DNA of 64,000 nucleotides from Candidatus Hydrogenedentota bacterium (GTDB lineage Bacteria; Hydrogenedentota; Hydrogenedentia; Hydrogenedentales; SLHB01): NCBI GenBank assembly GCA_963674865.2, contig CAXXYE010000008.1, positions 288,001 to 352,000 of the forward strand, read 5' to 3'. Shown piece by piece: positions 59,652 to 64,000 of this stretch (position 1 is its first letter; each line of letters starts with the position of its first letter). The notes under the pieces were generated by a model. It saw only the letters and a program-made list of their open reading frames with translations, ran no database searches and was not told where the DNA came from. The position numbers and the translations under genes were made by a program.

Positions 59652-60173
59652 CTACAGGAGAGGGTGCGTTCCTTCAAATACGGCTTCTACGTCGTGGTAG
59701 CCCATGATCTTAGCCACTTCGACGGGACTGAGGCCGTCCATCAACTCGTCTCGCATTTCGCAGTCCGCGCCGTACTCCACGAGGAGATGGGCCAAGTCGT
59801 CGCGGCCGCACATGGCGGCCCAGTGTAAGGGCGTCATGCCCAGGTCGTTGACGACATTCGCTTCGGCGCCGCGCTCGAGGAGGAGCTTGACGACGTCCCA
59901 ATGGCCCATGCGGGCAGCTTTGTGCAGCGGGGTCTCCCCGCGATAATCCTGGCGGTCGGGGTCCATACCGTCGTCGAGCAGTGCTATAACGGCATCCTTG
60001 AGGCCCAGGAAGGCGGCCTCATGGAGTGGAGGCATCATGTCGCGGTCGGCGCAACTATCATCGAAGTTCTGCCGGAGCATCAGTTCTGTGAGGGCGCCGT
60101 ATCCGCAGCGTGACGCGCGGGTGAGCGGGGTCTGGCCCCAGAGGTCGATAACGTTTAGCCAATCCTCGTACAT
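59652..60173 (-). CDS. Ankyrin-repeat protein
   Basis: GQTPL, PPLHEAA, GETPLHKAA, GMTPLHWAA repeats. Confidence 0.92.
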   Translation of the reverse strand: MYEDWLNVIDLWGQTPLTRASRCGYGALTELMLRQNFDDSCADRDMMPPLHEAAFLGLKDAVIALLDDGMDPDRQDYRGETPLHKAARMGHWDVVKLLLERGAEANVVNDLGMTPLHWAAMCGRDDLAHLLVEYGADCEMRDELMDGLSPVEVAKIMGYHDVEAVFEGTHPLL

Positions 60174-60272
60174 CTTTATTACTCCTCTGTGTGATCACGC
60201 GATTGCTCGCGATTCCTCCTTGAATTTCCATCCGTCCATCCTGAACGTCTGACCACAGCTGCCTCCCGCAAG

Positions 60273-60288
60273 TGCAAATCCGATGCCA
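60273..60288 (-). promoter_or_regulatory. Sigma54 promoter for the ankyrin gene
   Basis: Minus strand TGGCAT-CGGAT-TTGCA, 100 bp upstream of the ATG at 60173. Confidence 0.7.
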
Positions 60289-60744
60289 CGGGCCGTGCCA
60301 GGGCGTGCCATCGGCGCATGGTATGGCCCTAACGGGCTGCCATAACATGGTTTATGATTTGGCGCTTCAGAGGAAGCGAGTCTTCCTCTGGACTGGTAGG
60401 CGTTGGCACATCGCCGAAACGGCATTTGTCACTTTGACGAAATCCTGGCGCTTTGCCCAGGTTGTCTGTCACTTGAGCCGGCAACTTCTAGAGAACTGCT
60501 CATATGGGCTCCGGTGGCCGAGTTGCCAATGGCGCGGTGCGTCAAGCTACTGGAAGCGGAAGTATTGGCAGGAAGAGTGGCCGCGCCTGCAAGGAAAGCA
60601 GGTTTCAAGAGATGAGGCCGAGTGAGAGCGCCGAGCGCGCGGCACAGTCGAGCTCCTCGTATTACCAATTGTCCGGTACGCTTTTGTCTGGCAGGGCGAA
60701 ATCGGCTAGAATGCTCCGTTCAGGGGTATACAGGGAGATGCACT

Positions 60745-61593
60745 ATGCGGCGAGCGGACTTGTTTCGTGTCTTATGGGTGCTGGGCTTGGCGCTTACTTT
60801 GAGTTTGGGATGCGGGCCGGAGGCGGGGGGGGGCGGACCTGCGCCAGTTGATCAAACGACGAACCAGGCGCCAGATATGACGGAGGCGTTGGTGAGCGAA
60901 TGGCGCCAACTGGCCGAAAGCCCACAGGAGAATCTGGCCAATCCCCGGTGCGCCGAAATCGCTTCCCAGTTGGCGGCGCGGGGACTTGCCGGCTTGCAGC
61001 CCCTCATCGATGTGTTGGCTGACCCGAATGCGGACCCTCACGCCAAGGTTCTTGTGGTAACCAGTATTCAACACCTCATGCAACCGGCTCTTGTCCCCGT
61101 CCTGGCGGAGTTGACGAAGCCTACCTTTGACGGGACGACGCGCGCATGCGCCACGCAACTCTTGGCCTTCGGCGGCAGCGAAGCCGATGCAGCGCTGAAA
61201 GCCCTTATCAGTGATCCGGAAGAGCGCGTTCGCATGGCCGCGTTGGTGGCGTTGATCACACGCGGCGACGCCGAGGCCCGGGCCGAACTGGTTAATATGT
61301 ATCAGTTGCCCGATACGACGGTCGTCCAGCGAGAGCGGATTCTGCTTGTGGTCTTTGACGATCCGCAGCCGGGGGATGTCCCCATATTGGCCGAAGCGGC
61401 GGGCGACGGTGAGCTTGATGAGACGACGCGAACGCTTGCCATCGCGACGCTGGGCGAGGTCGGCGACCTTTCCGTCGTTGAGACCCTTTCTCAGGTGGGT
61501 GAGGCGGATGAGGACTTTCGCGGATTGGCCGACCAGGCCATCGCGAGCATTCGAGAGCGCACGGTCTCTCCGGACGACACCGCTCCAGAGTAG
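60745..61593 (+). CDS. HEAT-repeat lipoprotein
   Basis: LSLGC lipobox; L..L.DP...VR.AA..AL helical repeats. Confidence 0.8.
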   Translation: MRRADLFRVLWVLGLALTLSLGCGPEAGGGGPAPVDQTTNQAPDMTEALVSEWRQLAESPQENLANPRCAEIASQLAARGLAGLQPLIDVLADPNADPHAKVLVVTSIQHLMQPALVPVLAELTKPTFDGTTRACATQLLAFGGSEADAALKALISDPEERVRMAALVALITRGDAEARAELVNMYQLPDTTVVQRERILLVVFDDPQPGDVPILAEAAGDGELDETTRTLAIATLGEVGDLSVVETLSQVGEADEDFRGLADQAIASIRERTVSPDDTAPE

Positions 61594-61723
61594 TCCATCC
61601 TTACCGGGCAGAAACATGCCAATCCACTAAATGATGGGGGCTCCCGGCAGATACCTGTGGTACAACTAGTATGAGTCGGCCCGGACAGGTTTCCGGGTCC
61701 GTGGGTTAGAGGCAGACAAACCT

Positions 61724-62056
61724 ATGTTATTCAAGAAGCGGGGCAAACACCCCGGCCCTCCCCCCGCGTTGCGGGGGCAAGGCGGGGACGTCAAGGCTGA
61801 TTGGGATTTCATCCGCGTCGAGTTCGAGGCGATGCTGAAGGGGACGGTTGTCCGACGTGGCGACGGCAGTGTCCGGCAGATTGGCGTGACGGTGGACGGC
61901 GCCACGCGGCTCGTGACCAGCGGGGACCTGATAGACCGGGTGACCTACGAGGCGCTTCTGAACATCGGGGCCATCCGTCCCCTGGAGGCACCCGGAGCGG
62001 GCCAAGAGTGCGCTGAGGGAGCTCCACCCCCGTTGGGCGACGCTTCCGAGGTGTAG
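61724..62056 (+). CDS. Hypothetical protein
   Basis: Fills the gap between co-oriented genes and ends 2 bp before the next ATG. Confidence 0.65.
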   Translation: MLFKKRGKHPGPPPALRGQGGDVKADWDFIRVEFEAMLKGTVVRRGDGSVRQIGVTVDGATRLVTSGDLIDRVTYEALLNIGAIRPLEAPGAGQECAEGAPPPLGDASEV

Positions 62057-62058
62057 TT

Positions 62059-63462
62059 ATGGCGCGGTCGATCTCGATTGCCATGATTGTTAAGGATGAA
62101 GCCGCCAATCTTGAGGAATGTCTGTCCGGCCTATCGAGGATCGCGGACGAGTTGTGCGTAGTGGACACAGGTTCGCACGATGACTCGGTCGAGCTGGCGC
62201 GCAAACACCATGCACGCGTGAGCATCTATATATGGTGTGACGATTTCTCTGCCGCGCGCAATGAATCTCTCCGGTTGTGTGAAAGTGATTGGATCTTTGT
62301 TGTTGACGCCGACGAGCGCATTGCCGAAGAGGACGCGAGCAAGGTCAAAGCGCTCGCGGAGGGGGGAATGGACGCGGCCTACCGGTTCTGCACGCGTAAC
62401 TACACCAACACAACGAACGTTAGTGAGTTCCGCCCGTGTTCGCCTGGGGACCCTCACGCGCGTGGATTTGCAGGCTGGTATCCCAGCTACAAAGTGCGGT
62501 TTTTCCCCAATCACCGGGGTGCCCGCTTCGAGGGGAAGGTGCATGAGCTTGTCCACAAATCCCTTTCGGATAATGGGATACGTATTGTGGACTCCGATGT
62601 GCCCATTCACCATTACCCGTTTACCAAGTCCCCCGAAGAGGTGCAACGCAAGCGGGAGCTGTACCTTAACCTGGCTCACGAGAAGGTCCGGGCCGCCCCC
62701 AATGACCCGAAAGCCCTGGCGGAGTTGGGGGAGCAATACGTTGAAGTGGGCGACTTCGCCAACGCCGCCGCCGCCTTTCGGGAGTCGTTGAAATACGACC
62801 CTCATAACCCACTGGTATTGAAGGATCTAGGCGGCGCGCTGCACCTGATGAACCGTCCCGATGAGGCCAAGCAAGCACTGCGCCTGGCCGTAGACCTCGC
62901 TCCCGACTTGGCGGAGGGCTGGCGCAACCTGGGCGTAATTCTCGGGGGGGAAAAGGACTGGAACGCTGCCGCCGACTGCTTCCGTGAGGCGGTGAAGCAT
63001 GCGCCCGATTCGAGCGAGGCGCATCGGTGCTTGAGCGTGGCGCTGGAGCAGCTCGGGCATATGGCGGAAGCCGCGGAGGCCTCCGGAAAGGCCCTGGCGC
63101 TTCATCCGGAGTCCGGCGAGGCATTGCGGCTTTATGTCCACCAGATGCTTCGCCTCGAGCGCCGCGAAGAGGCCCGTCGCGTCCTGGAGACTCTCGTACA
63201 ACCCAACGGGCAGTGCGCGGGACTTCACGACGCCCTGGGCGAGTTGTACTATTATGACGCCCTTTACGAAGCGGCCGCGGCCCACTTCGATGAGGCCGGG
63301 CGGCAGGGAATTGCCGGGGCCTACAACAACCTCGGCGTGGTTTACTTCCGACTCAAGCGCTTTGAGGAAGCCAGGGACGCTTTCGAGAAGTGCCTTGCGT
63401 CGGACCCGGGGCATCGGGGCGCCCGTGAGAATCTGCGTAAGGCACTGGCTCACTTGAAGTAA
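62059..63462 (+). CDS. GT2 glycosyltransferase with TPR repeats
   Basis: ISIAMIVKDE, VDTGS.D, DFSAARNESL, VDADE, FEGKVHE, IHHY, followed by TPRs. Confidence 0.92.
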   Translation: MARSISIAMIVKDEAANLEECLSGLSRIADELCVVDTGSHDDSVELARKHHARVSIYIWCDDFSAARNESLRLCESDWIFVVDADERIAEEDASKVKALAEGGMDAAYRFCTRNYTNTTNVSEFRPCSPGDPHARGFAGWYPSYKVRFFPNHRGARFEGKVHELVHKSLSDNGIRIVDSDVPIHHYPFTKSPEEVQRKRELYLNLAHEKVRAAPNDPKALAELGEQYVEVGDFANAAAAFRESLKYDPHNPLVLKDLGGALHLMNRPDEAKQALRLAVDLAPDLAEGWRNLGVILGGEKDWNAAADCFREAVKHAPDSSEAHRCLSVALEQLGHMAEAAEASGKALALHPESGEALRLYVHQMLRLERREEARRVLETLVQPNGQCAGLHDALGELYYYDALYEAAAAHFDEAGRQGIAGAYNNLGVVYFRLKRFEEARDAFEKCLASDPGHRGARENLRKALAHLK

Positions 63463-63741
63463 GGCGGCGCTTTGTCGCCCAGTCCGAATGGCTCGCGCGC
63501 AGTTGCCTGCACCCCGCTTTTCTCACCTGCTTTTCAACGGAAGGCTTTTGAGGCCATGCGCCCGTTCCCTACGATGAGTATGCCGTCCTGCTTTGCGGCT
63601 GTGAAAAGGGTGGGCCGCTCATCCGCTGCCTTTCCCGGGCGAATCATACCATATATTGTGTGCTGCCGTATCATTAGGGGTTCCCTTGGGGGTGTCGCTA
63701 TGGGGAGGCCGTTGGCAGCTGGTGACGGGGCAATGAGGGGC

Positions 63742-63769
63742 TAAAGCTCCGCTCGGGAGTTGCCGATAC
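63742..63769 (+). promoter_or_regulatory. Sigma28 (FliA/SigD) promoter
   Basis: TAAA-N16-GCCGATAC upstream of flagellin. Confidence 0.85.
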
Positions 63770-63849
63770 TACAGCCGTGGCCCGAGCGTGAGCCACGGAA
63801 AGCCGATGCATGGATGCAGAGGTAGCCCGCGTCACGGAGGAACGAACTC

Positions 63850-64000
63850 ATGGGACTACGAATCAACACCAACATCGCGGCCCTGAATACCAGCAGGATT
63901 CTCCGCAAGTCCACCAACGACCTCAACAAGAGCCTTGAACGGCTATCGAGCGGTTTGCGCATCAACCGCGCGGCCGACGACGCCGCCGGCCTCGCCATCG
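63850..64000 (+). CDS. fliC: Flagellin, N-terminus (runs off the window)
   Basis: [58 protein letters not shown]. Confidence 0.96.
   Translation, partial: MGLRINTNIAALNTSRILRKSTNDLNKSLERLSSGLRINRAADDAAGLAI

Overview
GC-rich bacterial chromosomal window in three parts. (1) 1-21.2 kb is a decaying accessory region. It holds ECF sigma, P-type H+-ATPase and AAA/DUF4143 pseudogenes and IS remnants around an intact signalling cluster: a CheB/CheR fusion, a PAS/PocR kinase, an NtrC-type activator, a sigma54 promoter and two hybrid kinases. (2) About 21.2-39.25 kb is an ~18 kb island inserted in the initiator tRNA-Met gene. The intact tRNA is at 39176-39252, a displaced 3'-half copy is at 21194-21227, and the tyrosine integrase is truncated by an IS. 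The main cargo is a six-gene, ~12 kb operon of secreted proteins: a dockerin-like/Calx-beta protein, a 1.7-kaa protein whose C-terminal part resembles the channel and TcB-binding region of Tc toxin A subunits, three signal-peptide-bearing phage tail-collar fibre paralogues with variable tips, and a membrane-anchored cohesin/BACON scaffold. No TcB/TcC, sheath or tube genes are present. This operon is the best candidate for an undescribed system. (3) 39.3-64 kb is core-like: a NamZ fusion, GT-C and sulfatase genes, a class II photolyase, glycoside hydrolases, a ~200-nt structured RNA with an SRP-like apex, a GT2-TPR gene and the start of flagellin with a sigma28 promoter. All family calls come from reading motifs by eye; no database searches were run.
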